Below are positions 48,222-56,978 of a stretch of 64,000 nt of DNA, piece after piece (position 1 is the first letter of the stretch; each line of letters starts with the position of its first letter). The stretch is from assembly GCA_964637115.1 (NCBI GenBank), contig CAZWVL010000002.1, positions 96,114-160,113 on the forward strand, read 5' to 3'. A program made the position numbers and the translations under genes. This DNA comes from an uncultured Methanosarcinales archaeon (GTDB taxonomy: Archaea > Nanobdellota > Nanobdellia > Woesearchaeales > ARS49). The notes below the pieces were generated by a model, which did not search any database, was not told the origin of the DNA, and was given only the letters and a program-made list of their open reading frames with translations.

Positions 48222-49363
48222 CCAATAAACTTCTCAATCCTATCCAGCGCCTTCTCAATTATCGGCAGTTTTGTGGCGAAACTGCATCGGATGAATCCTT
48301 CGCCCTCTGTGCCGAAGTCAGAGCCTGGAACAACTGCAACTTTCTGCTTTTTGAGAAGATTGAAAGCAAACTTCCAGCTGTTCTTATTCAAGTGCTTGAT
48401 GTTCGAGAACGTGTAGAAAGCACCTTTTGGATTTGGAGTTGAAAGGCCCATATCATTCAAGCGGCGCACGATAATTTTGCGTCTTTTGTCATATTCTTTG
48501 ACCATGTCAAGTGTGTATTTTTTTGGCAAGGCAAGCGCCTTAATGCCGAGCTTTTGAGATAATGTAGGCGCGCAAATAGTTGTGTAAATGTGCGTCTTTT
48601 TTATCGCGCTTGCGGCTTTTTCGGGACAGACAACATAGCCAAGACGGAAACCGCACATTGCGTACGTCTTTGAGAAAGACTGGAAAGTAAAAGTCCTATC
48701 AGACATGCCGTTCAAGCTCGCCATACTAATGTGCTTTGCATCATCATAAATTATTTTTTCGTAAGCTTCATCAGAGAAAATAGACAAATCATGCTCAACC
48801 GCAAGGTCAGCGATTTCCTCTAAAATTTTCTTGCTAATCACGTTGCCTGTCGGGTTGGCAGGAGAGTTCAGCAAGATAACGCGAGTCTTCTTGTCAATAA
48901 GCTTTTTCATTTCATCAGGATTCGGCTCAAAATCATTTTCCTCGGATAGGCTGTAACTGTCAACAGCAGCATTAAACAGCTCAAAAGACGGCAGGAAACC
49001 CATAAAGCCAGGATTTGGAACAAGAATTTCTTCAGAAACGTCAAGCAAACAGGCAGCAGCAAGCATCAAAGCTTCCTGGGAACCACAGGCGACGACGACA
49101 TTCTCGGGTTTAGCATTAATCTTGTTATCACGTTTGACCTTTCTGCAAATCGCCTCACGCAATTCTTTCAGACCGCCAGCAGGGGAGTAATGATTGGACT
49201 GATTAGCCAAACGCTTAACTTCCGCCACCAAAGGCTTTGGCAAAGGAAAATCAGGCTCTCCAGGACCAAGCGAAAGAATTTTGGGCTCTTCAACCATTAT
49301 CTCAATAAGTCTTTCAATAGCCTGATCTGGCAACTGTTCCTCACGTTCAGACAAATGCACCAT
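48218..49363 (-). CDS. Class I/II PLP aminotransferase (aspartate aminotransferase-like)
   Basis: LGPGEPDF, NSPANPTG, SDEAYE, SFSKTYAMCGFRLG. Confidence 0.95.
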   Translation of the reverse strand: MVHLSEREEQLPDQAIERLIEIMVEEPKILSLGPGEPDFPLPKPLVAEVKRLANQSNHYSPAGGLKELREAICRKVKRDNKINAKPENVVVACGSQEALMLAAACLLDVSEEILVPNPGFMGFLPSFELFNAAVDSYSLSEENDFEPNPDEMKKLIDKKTRVILLNSPANPTGNVISKKILEEIADLAVEHDLSIFSDEAYEKIIYDDAKHISMASLNGMSDRTFTFQSFSKTYAMCGFRLGYVVCPEKAASAIKKTHIYTTICAPTLSQKLGIKALALPKKYTLDMVKEYDKRRKIIVRRLNDMGLSTPNPKGAFYTFSNIKHLNKNSWKFAFNLLKKQKVAVVPGSDFGTEGEGFIRCSFATKLPIIEKALDRIEKFIG

Positions 49364-49419
49364 CTTTTTCTACAAATGAGTACATAAACTTTAAAAAGCC
49401 AACGTTTCTGAGGCTTTAC

Positions 49420-49560
49420 ATGGAAAAGGGGGACTGGCAAGTCATTATCATCGTGATTATTGTTCTTATCATAATCGCATTCTTAACAATGTCAATGGAC
49501 AAACTATTTCCAACGCCAACAGTACAGCAAGCAGTACAACAAGTGGTGAATGCGACGTGA
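49420..49560 (+). CDS. Small single-TM protein (46 aa)
   Basis: Not in the track. MEKGDWQVIIIVIIVLIIIAFLTMSMDKLFPTPTVQQAVQQVVNAT; GTGA overlap with the next gene. Confidence 0.65.
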   Translation: MEKGDWQVIIIVIIVLIIIAFLTMSMDKLFPTPTVQQAVQQVVNAT

Positions 49561-50366
49561 AAGACCTGTCAAAAGAACTCGTTGTAAAAGAACTTGGAAA
49601 TGCGTTTATTTTGCTCAAGAAAAACCCATTCTGGCTGGTGATTGCGTCAGTGATTGACGCAGTGTTCTTTTTGGCATACGGATTTTTCACAACACCAGTA
49701 AGCGACAAAATAATTGAGCACTCTGTCTTGCTGACAAATCAATTGTCAGACCTGCTAAGACAGACTGGAGGAGTGCCAACAGGACTGCTGGCAAAGCTAT
49801 TTGGACCAGAACTATGGCCATACACGGCAAAACTATTGTCAATCATACTCATACTATTTGTAGTAATTTACATCCTGTATGTAATTTTCCACGGAAGCAG
49901 CTGGTGGATGGCAACACACATAGCAGGAGAGAAAGAAAAGTATGGGAAATATATGGCAGGATTTGCGAAAATAAACCTGTTCTGGATAGCCTGCTTAATC
50001 ATTTACAGATTCCTTGACGTGATAATTAGTTTACGCTATTTGCTGATACAGAAAATTGCGCCCGGAGCGCCGAATATTGCAGGGAAAGTTTTATTTGCAG
50101 TTTTATTGCTTGCTGTTATTGCAGCATTCTTCAGCTATCCATTCCTAAAAATCAAAACTTTGTTCAAAACACCAATGCGAACCAGCATTCCGCTCATCAT
50201 TCTCAGCACAAGCATCTATTTATGTGCACAATTCATTCTCAACATGATAGGCAAGGCAAACGTTAATGCTGCACTGCTTGCGGGATTAATTATTTTGTTC
50301 CCAACGATGAATTTAATACGTGTATATGTAACAAGAGTACTGAGCCATGTTCACGCACGCAATTAA
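49557..50366 (+). CDS. Multi-pass membrane hypothetical protein
   Basis: About six hydrophobic segments; overlaps lgt start. Confidence 0.7.
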   Translation: MKDLSKELVVKELGNAFILLKKNPFWLVIASVIDAVFFLAYGFFTTPVSDKIIEHSVLLTNQLSDLLRQTGGVPTGLLAKLFGPELWPYTAKLLSIILILFVVIYILYVIFHGSSWWMATHIAGEKEKYGKYMAGFAKINLFWIACLIIYRFLDVIISLRYLLIQKIAPGAPNIAGKVLFAVLLLAVIAAFFSYPFLKIKTLFKTPMRTSIPLIILSTSIYLCAQFILNMIGKANVNAALLAGLIILFPTMNLIRVYVTRVLSHVHARN

Positions 50367-51096
50367 CCCAACAATACTGCATTTAGGACCGCTTGAGATT
50401 AGATGGTATGGGTTAATGTACGTTTTTGCATTCTTTGTAACTTATTATTACGTCAGGGGCGCGATAAGACAAGGCAAGCTCAAATTAACTGAAAATGAAC
50501 TTGACTCGTTGCTTGGATGGATGGTAGTATGCATGATATTGGGCGCACGGCTGTTCTATGCAATATTCTATAATCCAACTTACTTTATGGACGCGCCGTG
50601 GAAAATACTATTTGTCTGGGAAGGAGGACTAAGCTTCCATGGCGGATTAGTTGGAGTTGCATTCGCAGCGTGGTGGTACGGCACAAGAAAAAAAGGAATA
50701 CCGTTCTTACATTTAGCAGACCTTTTCTGCGTTCCAATAGCACTCGGCAACGCATTTGGAAGAATAGGAAACTTCATCAACGGAGAACTGTATGGTGTTG
50801 CTACTAACTTGCCTTGGGGTGTTGTGTTTCCAGGAGCAGAAGGAGCAAGACACCCAACGCAAATATATGAGGCGCTCTATAATGTAGTAATCTTTGGCAT
50901 ACTTTACTCATTGCGCAACAAAGAATGGAAAGACGGCACATTGTTTGGCGTTTATTTGATGCTGTACGGCATATTCCGCTTTGGTGTTGAGTTTATCAAA
51001 GATTTGCCTTCTTATGGGCCGTTGACAATGGGGCAATGGCTGACGCTGCCGGTTTTCTTGATTGGAATATGGCTGGTGTGGCGCAGTAAAGAGTAG
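50347..51096 (+). CDS. lgt: Prolipoprotein diacylglyceryl transferase
   Basis: IRWYG, LGARL, WEGGLSFHGG, GRIGNFINGELYG, HPTQIYE, RFGVEF. Confidence 0.95.
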   Translation: MFTHAINPTILHLGPLEIRWYGLMYVFAFFVTYYYVRGAIRQGKLKLTENELDSLLGWMVVCMILGARLFYAIFYNPTYFMDAPWKILFVWEGGLSFHGGLVGVAFAAWWYGTRKKGIPFLHLADLFCVPIALGNAFGRIGNFINGELYGVATNLPWGVVFPGAEGARHPTQIYEALYNVVIFGILYSLRNKEWKDGTLFGVYLMLYGIFRFGVEFIKDLPSYGPLTMGQWLTLPVFLIGIWLVWRSKE

Positions 51097-51145
51097 TACT
51101 TTCTACACACAACGTTTAAATACCATAATCTGCTCACTGCAACAT

Positions 51146-51586
51146 ATGAAAAGAGGTATTATCGTTCTATTGATACTATTAGTAGCCTGTGCGGCAAAAA
51201 CAGCACCAACTCCTGAGCAAAAGCCGGTTGTTATGGAAGAAATCAAAATAGTGGAAGACACAACAATGCCGGCAAAACCAATGTATGAGCCGCCGCCAAC
51301 AGGCCCAACAGACGCTGACGTGGAAGTCAAGATTGAAGCAAAACGCTATGAATTCCTGCCCGATGAAGTAATTGCAAGACAAGGAAACAAAGTCAGATTA
51401 ATAATAACGGCACAAGACGTTCCACACACATTTGAAATGCCATCATATAACATCAAAGAAGACCTGCCAGTAGGAGAAGATGTAGTGATTGAATTTGTAG
51501 CAGACAAAAAAGGAGACTTCACCTTCAGCTGCGGCGTGGAAGGCCATGAAGGCCAAGGAATGAAAGGCAAGTTACACGTAGTATGA
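51146..51586 (+). CDS. Cupredoxin-domain lipoprotein
   Basis: LVAC lipobox; DVPH...FSCGVEGHEGQGM type 1 Cu ligands. Confidence 0.88.
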   Translation: MKRGIIVLLILLVACAAKTAPTPEQKPVVMEEIKIVEDTTMPAKPMYEPPPTGPTDADVEVKIEAKRYEFLPDEVIARQGNKVRLIITAQDVPHTFEMPSYNIKEDLPVGEDVVIEFVADKKGDFTFSCGVEGHEGQGMKGKLHVV

Positions 51587-52305
51587 AAGCATTCTTCATT
51601 CTTTTACTATTATTAATGGCGTGTGTACAAGAAGCACAACCAGGAATACAGCCGCCGCTAAAACCATTAACAGGAGCATTGCCATCAGGCACTGCAACAA
51701 CAGTAGATGGGCAGACAATAGCATACCAGATTTATCCCGGCAAAGCAGGCAGCACGCCGATTATTTTACTTCATATGTTACGAAGAACCAGATCAGATTG
51801 GGATTCGATTGCCAGATGGCTGCAAAGAAACGGATACACTGTAATTGCACCAGATATGCGCGGACACGGACAAAGCACAAGCAACTGGGAAGATTTCACA
51901 CCAGATGACTTCAACAAGATAACGTACGATATTAGTGCGATGAAGAGCGTGTTAGAGAATCAGGGTGCAGACGTTACAAAACTCACCATAATTGGCGCGA
52001 GCATTGGAGCGAATGCTGCATTCAACTATGCTTCTTCGGACCAGGATGTCAAAACAGTAATATTGCTAAGCCCCGGACTAGATTTTAGAGGAATTTCAAC
52101 CGCTAATACCAAGTTCAGCAAGCCATTTTTAATAATTGCAAGCAAAGATGATGAGTACAGCGCGCAAAGCTCAGTGCAGATAGCTAATAACAACGCGTAT
52201 GCAAAGATTGTGCTATTTGAAGATGCCGGACACGGAACAAACATGTTTTCAAAGAAAGAATTAGCACCAATGATATTGGAATGGCTTAAATCGAATGCAA
52301 AGTAA
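51583..52305 (+). CDS. Alpha/beta hydrolase lipoprotein
   Basis: LMAC lipobox; DMRGHG, GASIG, SKDD, AGHG. Confidence 0.88.
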   Translation: MKAFFILLLLLMACVQEAQPGIQPPLKPLTGALPSGTATTVDGQTIAYQIYPGKAGSTPIILLHMLRRTRSDWDSIARWLQRNGYTVIAPDMRGHGQSTSNWEDFTPDDFNKITYDISAMKSVLENQGADVTKLTIIGASIGANAAFNYASSDQDVKTVILLSPGLDFRGISTANTKFSKPFLIIASKDDEYSAQSSVQIANNNAYAKIVLFEDAGHGTNMFSKKELAPMILEWLKSNAK

Positions 52306-52358
52306 TTTCACAAGTTTTATATAACCAGCAAGAAAGAATTTGTTTGAGAGAGGTCAAC

Positions 52359-52607
52359 ATGCCAGCCAAAAAATCAAAAGTCATTGTTTATTCAACACCA
52401 ACCTGTCCTTACTGTCACGCGGCCAAGGAATTCTTAAAAGAGAACAAAGTAGAGTACGAAGACGTTGATGTCAGCAAAAACCAAGACAGAGCACAAGAAA
52501 TGATAGAAAAATCAGGACAGATGGGGGTTCCTGTGCTTGACATCAATGGAACGATAATTGTCGGTTACGATAAAGAAGCGATAAAGAAAGCGTTGAAATT
52601 GAAATAA
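52359..52607 (+). CDS. Glutaredoxin (NrdH/YruB-like)
   Basis: YSTPTCPYC, SGQMGVPV. Confidence 0.93.
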   Translation: MPAKKSKVIVYSTPTCPYCHAAKEFLKENKVEYEDVDVSKNQDRAQEMIEKSGQMGVPVLDINGTIIVGYDKEAIKKALKLK

Positions 52608-52620
52608 TGAGGTGAACTCT

Positions 52621-52818
52621 ATGGCACAAAAAATGAAACCAATCGACATTGCATCTTGGGTGCTTTGCACAATTGCTGCACTCCAATTAGGCATCATAGG
52701 CGCGTTCAATTATGACGTCCTCGGAATGCTTGGAGGCCTTACAAAAATAGTGTATATCCTTATAGGCCTCGGCGGATTGTTCAGCCTCTGGCACATGGCT
52801 ACTTGCAAGAAGAAATAA
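52621..52818 (+). CDS. DUF378-family small membrane protein
   Basis: Two TMs, GIIGAFNYDVL...IVYILIGL. Confidence 0.8.
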   Translation: MAQKMKPIDIASWVLCTIAALQLGIIGAFNYDVLGMLGGLTKIVYILIGLGGLFSLWHMATCKKK

Positions 52819-52849
52819 TCTTTAAGTTTTCTTTTTTTTCGTTTTTTAG

Positions 52850-53019
52850 CATAAGCTTAAAAAATGCTCCTCATCACGGCACGATTAAGGGCACGTAGCT
52901 CAGGCCTCAAACTTTATCCAAAGTTTGATCAAAGCGCATTCAAGTGGGGCATAAAGCCCCACGACATAAGCTTAAAAACAGTGCCCTGCAGGTATTAACT
53001 TTAAGGGCACGTAGCTCAG
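52850..53019 (+). repeat. Duplicated tRNA promoter plus tRNA-Ala 5' end
   Basis: CATAAGCTTAAAAA at 52850 and 52965; TTAAGGGCACGTAGCTCAG at 52885 and 53001. Confidence 0.85.
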
Positions 53020-53078
53020 CCTGGTAGAGCACATCGTTCGCAACGATGGGGCCCCGGGTTCAAATCCCGGCGTGTCCA
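53005..53078 (+). tRNA. tRNA-Ala(CGC)
   Basis: Cloverleaf, G3:U70, anticodon arm CATCG-TTCGCAA-CGATG, GTTCAAATC. Confidence 0.95.
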
Positions 53079-53125
53079 CTTATAGAAAACCCTCCTAGAA
53101 GCTAGGGATTTTCAGATCCGAGAAT

Positions 53126-53371
53126 TCACAAATCCTTATCAGGGTCTATATCATCAAGCCCCAAATCCTTAAGCCGTATTTTGCAAGCTCTCGCTTCATG
53201 CTGAATAGCCCTGATGATCAGGTTATACGCCTCGACCTTTCCATGATTAAAGGGATCGTCGTATTTTTTCTTAGCTGCTGCTGCTTCCTGGGCCTGCTCC
53301 TTAATCTCAAGCCCCACATCATGAAGAAACAATTTGTAAATCCTGTCCGTTTTAGGCTTTTTCAGAATCAT
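53126..53371 (-). CDS. Small helical hypothetical protein
   Basis: 81 aa ending LGLDDIDPDKDL; convergent on tRNA-Ala. Confidence 0.6.
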   Translation of the reverse strand: MILKKPKTDRIYKLFLHDVGLEIKEQAQEAAAAKKKYDDPFNHGKVEAYNLIIRAIQHEARACKIRLKDLGLDDIDPDKDL

Positions 53372-53474
53372 GCTTGCTCATCAGTTATTGATATTCTTAA
53401 AACTTGTGTTAATCTCACATTTTCGGATGGTTCAAATCAATATTGTTCTGAACATTAGAACGGGCATTAATTTC

Positions 53475-54110
53475 TCACATTTGCTTCTTCACGCCCGCTT
53501 TCGGGCACAATTTGTTAACAGGGCACTTGCTGCAATAAGGAGTTGGGGCTTGGCAGATTGCACGGCCGTGGGCTTTCAGCAGCCATTGAGTTTCTTTCCA
53601 GTGAGATTCGGGAATCAATGCGTTCAGGTCTTTCTCAATCTTTTCAGGGTTAGTATTCTTTGTCCAGCCCAAACGGTAAGAGACACGAATGACGTGGGTG
53701 TCAACAACAACGCCATTTACGATGTCAAATGCGTTAGTAAGAATGACAATTGCAGTCTTCCTACCAATCCCTGGCAGCTCGGTTAATTCCTCAATAGTTC
53801 TTGGAACTTTGCCGTTGTGCTGTTTGACTAAAATCTTGCACGCCTCAATAATGTGCTTTGCCTTGTTGCCGGCAAATGTAATCTTGCTGATGTACTTGAG
53901 CAGGTCTGAAACGGATGCTTTTGCGTAGTCTTCAGTTTTCTTGTATTTGGCAAATAACGCGGGCGTGGAAGCATTGACTACTTCATCCCGCACCTGAGCA
54001 GAAAGAATGGCTGCGACCATCAAGTCCAAAGGAGCTTTGAAATTAAGATAGTATTTGGCGTTTGGGTACTCTTTCTTGAGAATCTTCAGCACTTCCACCG
54101 CTTTTTCCAT
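53475..54110 (-). CDS. nth: Endonuclease III
   Basis: ILSAQ, LPGIGRKTA HhH, VDTHV, CQAPTPYCSKCPVNKLC 4Fe-4S. Confidence 0.95.
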   Translation of the reverse strand: MEKAVEVLKILKKEYPNAKYYLNFKAPLDLMVAAILSAQVRDEVVNASTPALFAKYKKTEDYAKASVSDLLKYISKITFAGNKAKHIIEACKILVKQHNGKVPRTIEELTELPGIGRKTAIVILTNAFDIVNGVVVDTHVIRVSYRLGWTKNTNPEKIEKDLNALIPESHWKETQWLLKAHGRAICQAPTPYCSKCPVNKLCPKAGVKKQM

Positions 54111-54203
54111 ATTATATAATGTGCGCCAGAAGAATAAAAATGTATGTGTCAGTCGTACTATAATGACATCAGTTTCAAAAGCCCTGTTTTCTTAGTGCTT
54201 TTT

Positions 54204-54554
54204 ATGTATAAGTCAGCGAAGTATGCGCTAGATTTCATGTTCTTGTTCATGTTAGTACTCAGTATAATATTATTCTCAATAGGATACTTTGTTGATTTGC
54301 ATGGAACAGCGCTTGAAACCATAGAAAAAGTGGACTTTGTAATCCTTGGCGGCTATTATGCATTCTTTTTGCACGGAATTTACAAGGCCAAAAATAAAAT
54401 CACCTATTGCAAAAAACACTGGATAATGCTGGCATTGCTTGTGCTGCCGCTCATTCCAATAGCAAGACTTGCACGATTTGCACATTTGGAACGAGCGACG
54501 GCAGTAGGACTGAACACTTTGTGGCACTTTTTGGATGAATTGGAATTATTGTAG
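54204..54554 (+). CDS. Stand-alone voltage-sensor-like (S1-S4) membrane protein
   Basis: Three TMs followed by ARLARFAHLER (basic residue every third position). Confidence 0.55.
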   Translation: MYKSAKYALDFMFLFMLVLSIILFSIGYFVDLHGTALETIEKVDFVILGGYYAFFLHGIYKAKNKITYCKKHWIMLALLVLPLIPIARLARFAHLERATAVGLNTLWHFLDELELL

Positions 54555-54593
54555 AAACCTATATATACCGTTATTCTAGGTCGATTATTTGAT

Positions 54594-54667
54594 GGGCAGG
54601 TAGTTCAGCCCGGTAGAACGCCCCGCTGGCAGCGGGGAGGCCGTGGGTTCAAATCCCGCCCTGTCCA
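54594..54667 (+). tRNA. tRNA-Ala(GGC)
   Basis: Cloverleaf, G3:U70, CCCCG-CTGGCAG-CGGGG. Confidence 0.95.
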
Positions 54668-54716
54668 CTCAGCTTCTACGAAATCTTTTTAAAGCCCCCC
54701 TATCCCCGAAGGTATT

Positions 54717-55355
54717 ATGGTCAAGGGTGTATTATTTGATTTTTGGGGGACGCTAGTTGAGAACGGCACGTACTCTCCGCTTAAGCAAAGCTTTGCAATA
54801 CTGCGCTTGAGAATGCCGTTCGGCCAGTTTGCAGAACAATTTGAAAAAGTGCTGATGACAAAGAAATACGAAGACCAGGCAGCAGCATTCACAGAAGTCT
54901 GCAAAGCATTCAACATAGATCCCATTCCGATAGTAATTGAGAAACTGATAGGCGTATGGAATAAGAACCGATTACTAGCAACACTGTACCCTGAAACTAT
55001 TGACACCTTGAAAGCACTCAAGGACAAGAAAATCAAGGTAATTCTTGTCAGCAATGCGCCAGCAAACAGCGTAGAATCAGTAATGGAACGCTTTGGAATG
55101 CAAGACTTGTTTGACGGCATATTTATCAGCTGCGAACACGGCAAGTTGAAGACAGAAGGATTGTTTGAAGACGCATTAAAGAAACACAAGCTCAAGAAAA
55201 CCGATGCAATAGCTGTAGGAGACAGTATAGAAACAGACATAAAAGGAGCAGAAGCAGCAGGCATTAAAGCATACTTAATTGACAGAAGAGGCAAAAGAGA
55301 ATTCGTAAATAAAATACAATCACTGACAGAAATACTCAAGATAGTGGAGGAATAA
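54717..55355 (+). CDS. HAD-superfamily hydrolase
   Basis: FDFWGTL, VSN, VGDSIETDI. Confidence 0.9.
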   Translation: MVKGVLFDFWGTLVENGTYSPLKQSFAILRLRMPFGQFAEQFEKVLMTKKYEDQAAAFTEVCKAFNIDPIPIVIEKLIGVWNKNRLLATLYPETIDTLKALKDKKIKVILVSNAPANSVESVMERFGMQDLFDGIFISCEHGKLKTEGLFEDALKKHKLKKTDAIAVGDSIETDIKGAEAAGIKAYLIDRRGKREFVNKIQSLTEILKIVEE

Positions 55356-55356
55356 T

Positions 55357-55575
55357 ATGCACCAAGCTTATGTTGTACACCGAGACATTAGGAAAAAAGC
55401 ACGCGGCTTCAGCTGCAATGAAATAACAGAATCAGGAATGACTTGCAAAGACTTTAGCGCGCTCAAATTGCCTTGGGACTCAATGAGAAAATCAAAATAT
55501 GCTGAAAATGTTGCGTACTTGAAAAAATTGGAAAAGCCAGCAGCAAAACCGGCAAAAAAACCAAAAGCGAAATGA
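55357..55575 (+). CDS. Small basic hypothetical protein
   Basis: Coupled to both neighbours; two Cys; K/A/P tail. Confidence 0.6.
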   Translation: MHQAYVVHRDIRKKARGFSCNEITESGMTCKDFSALKLPWDSMRKSKYAENVAYLKKLEKPAAKPAKKPKAK

Positions 55576-55985
55576 ACGACTGCATCTTCTGTAAGATTGT
55601 AAGAAAAGAAATACCTTCTGAAAATTTTGTGTATGAAAACGACAAAATAATGGCTTTTCTGGATATAGCGCCAAGCAGTCCAGGGCATACTCTTGTAGTG
55701 CCAAAAGCACACTATGTTGACTTGCTGGACACGCCTGATGATGTGCTGGCAGAAATCATCACGAAAGCAAAAAAGATAGCGCCAGCAGTAATGAAAGGAG
55801 CAGGCGCGCAGGGCTTTAACACAATATTTAACACCAAGCCCGCAGCAGGGCAAGTTGTTTTTCACACACACCTGCATATCATTCCCCGCTTCACCAATGA
55901 CGGTTTGAAACACTGGCCCAAAATTGAGATGAGCGCGGAAGAAATGAAGAAAATAAAGGAAAAGATTGTTTCTGCACTCAAATAG
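55572..55985 (+). CDS. HIT-family hydrolase
   Basis: CIFCKI, GHTLVVPK, HTHLHIIPR. Confidence 0.95.
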   Translation: MNDCIFCKIVRKEIPSENFVYENDKIMAFLDIAPSSPGHTLVVPKAHYVDLLDTPDDVLAEIITKAKKIAPAVMKGAGAQGFNTIFNTKPAAGQVVFHTHLHIIPRFTNDGLKHWPKIEMSAEEMKKIKEKIVSALK

Positions 55986-56007
55986 CGCGACAACTCGCGG
56001 TCTTCGA

Positions 56008-56024
56008 CCCCACGACATAAGCTT
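56008..56024 (+). promoter_or_regulatory. tRNA promoter element identical to 52957-52973
   Basis: CCCCACGACATAAGCTT ends 32 nt before the mature 5' end in both tRNA genes. Confidence 0.7.
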
Positions 56025-56055
56025 TTTAAGTGCGCCCTTTTCGAGATACTATTAC

Positions 56056-56133
56056 GGCGCTGTAGCTCAGCCTGGTTAGAGCACTGGTTTCATAAGCCAG
56101 GGGTCACGAGTTCAAATCTCGTCAGCGCCACCA
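56056..56133 (+). tRNA. tRNA-Met(CAT), elongator-type (Ile2 not excluded), with encoded CCA
   Basis: Cloverleaf, CTGGT-TTCATAA-GCCAG, ends ACCA; lacks the initiator GGG/CCC anticodon stem. Confidence 0.92.
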
Positions 56134-56850
56134 TTATTTGATATTAGAATATGCGATTTGGTTGTATGCTACCAACTTCATTCTGCCTTCTGGATGCTTT
56201 GATGTGTTTATTTTATAAATCTGCAGGCCGCAATTAGGAACCGGGTTCTTTTGGTCGAGCCGCATAAGTTTTTTTTCACCTAAATGTTCAAACAATGCTC
56301 TGAATGTCAGATACGTAATTCCATGCGTTGATACCAGTACGTTCTGTCCTGCATGGTCGCGATGCAGTTTGTCCAAGAAGCTGTGCACTCGCTGCTCGAC
56401 ATCAGGAAAATTCTCTCCTCCAGGAGGTCGATACCAATATCGTCCATCACGTTTACGCCTCGCAGCTTCGTCAGGAAATCTTGCTTTTATAGCGTTTGCG
56501 GTCATTCCATACATCCACCCTGATTCCCGTTCACGCAGCCGATTGTCGGTAAATAAGCGTACCTGATGGCTGAACTGTGCCGTGATATGTCCTGCAGTAT
56601 CAATACATCGTCTGTATGGAGAAGAAAAGATGATATCAAAAGCGTCTCCTTTTGCAAGAACTTTGCCAGTTTCAGTAGCTTGCCGTTTTCCTTCTTTTGT
56701 TAAGGGAACGTCCATATCCCGCGCGTTCTCAAGCAACTCAACAGGCTGTTTTTCCGCACTAAGCAAGTTTGCAATATCGTGTGCTTCATTCATTTTAGAA
56801 TAGCCATGCCTTACGATTACAAGCCGTTTAGGCCATTTTAGTTCCCCCAT
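56134..56850 (-). CDS. Histidine phosphatase (phosphoglycerate mutase family)
   Basis: IVRHGYS, SSPYRRC, LRERESG, GGE, STHG. Confidence 0.92.
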   Translation of the reverse strand: MGELKWPKRLVIVRHGYSKMNEAHDIANLLSAEKQPVELLENARDMDVPLTKEGKRQATETGKVLAKGDAFDIIFSSPYRRCIDTAGHITAQFSHQVRLFTDNRLRERESGWMYGMTANAIKARFPDEAARRKRDGRYWYRPPGGENFPDVEQRVHSFLDKLHRDHAGQNVLVSTHGITYLTFRALFEHLGEKKLMRLDQKNPVPNCGLQIYKINTSKHPEGRMKLVAYNQIAYSNIK

Positions 56851-56978
56851 GCATATTAAGGAGGTTGTCAAGCTATTAAAGATTTTGCCACCATATTTAT
56901 ATAGTCAATTTCTATATTTACTCATAAAGAGGCATTGCCGAATCCGGCAGGCTTCTTTGAAACAAAGAGGTGATTTGA

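Noticed and set aside
52885-53019. Non-canonical tRNA intron or split tRNA
   Set aside because: The downstream copy is already a complete tRNA, and I could not find a bulge-helix-bulge or a matching 3' half
55368-56018. Minus-strand 216-aa ORF
   Set aside because: Antisense to the HIT gene and its upstream neighbour
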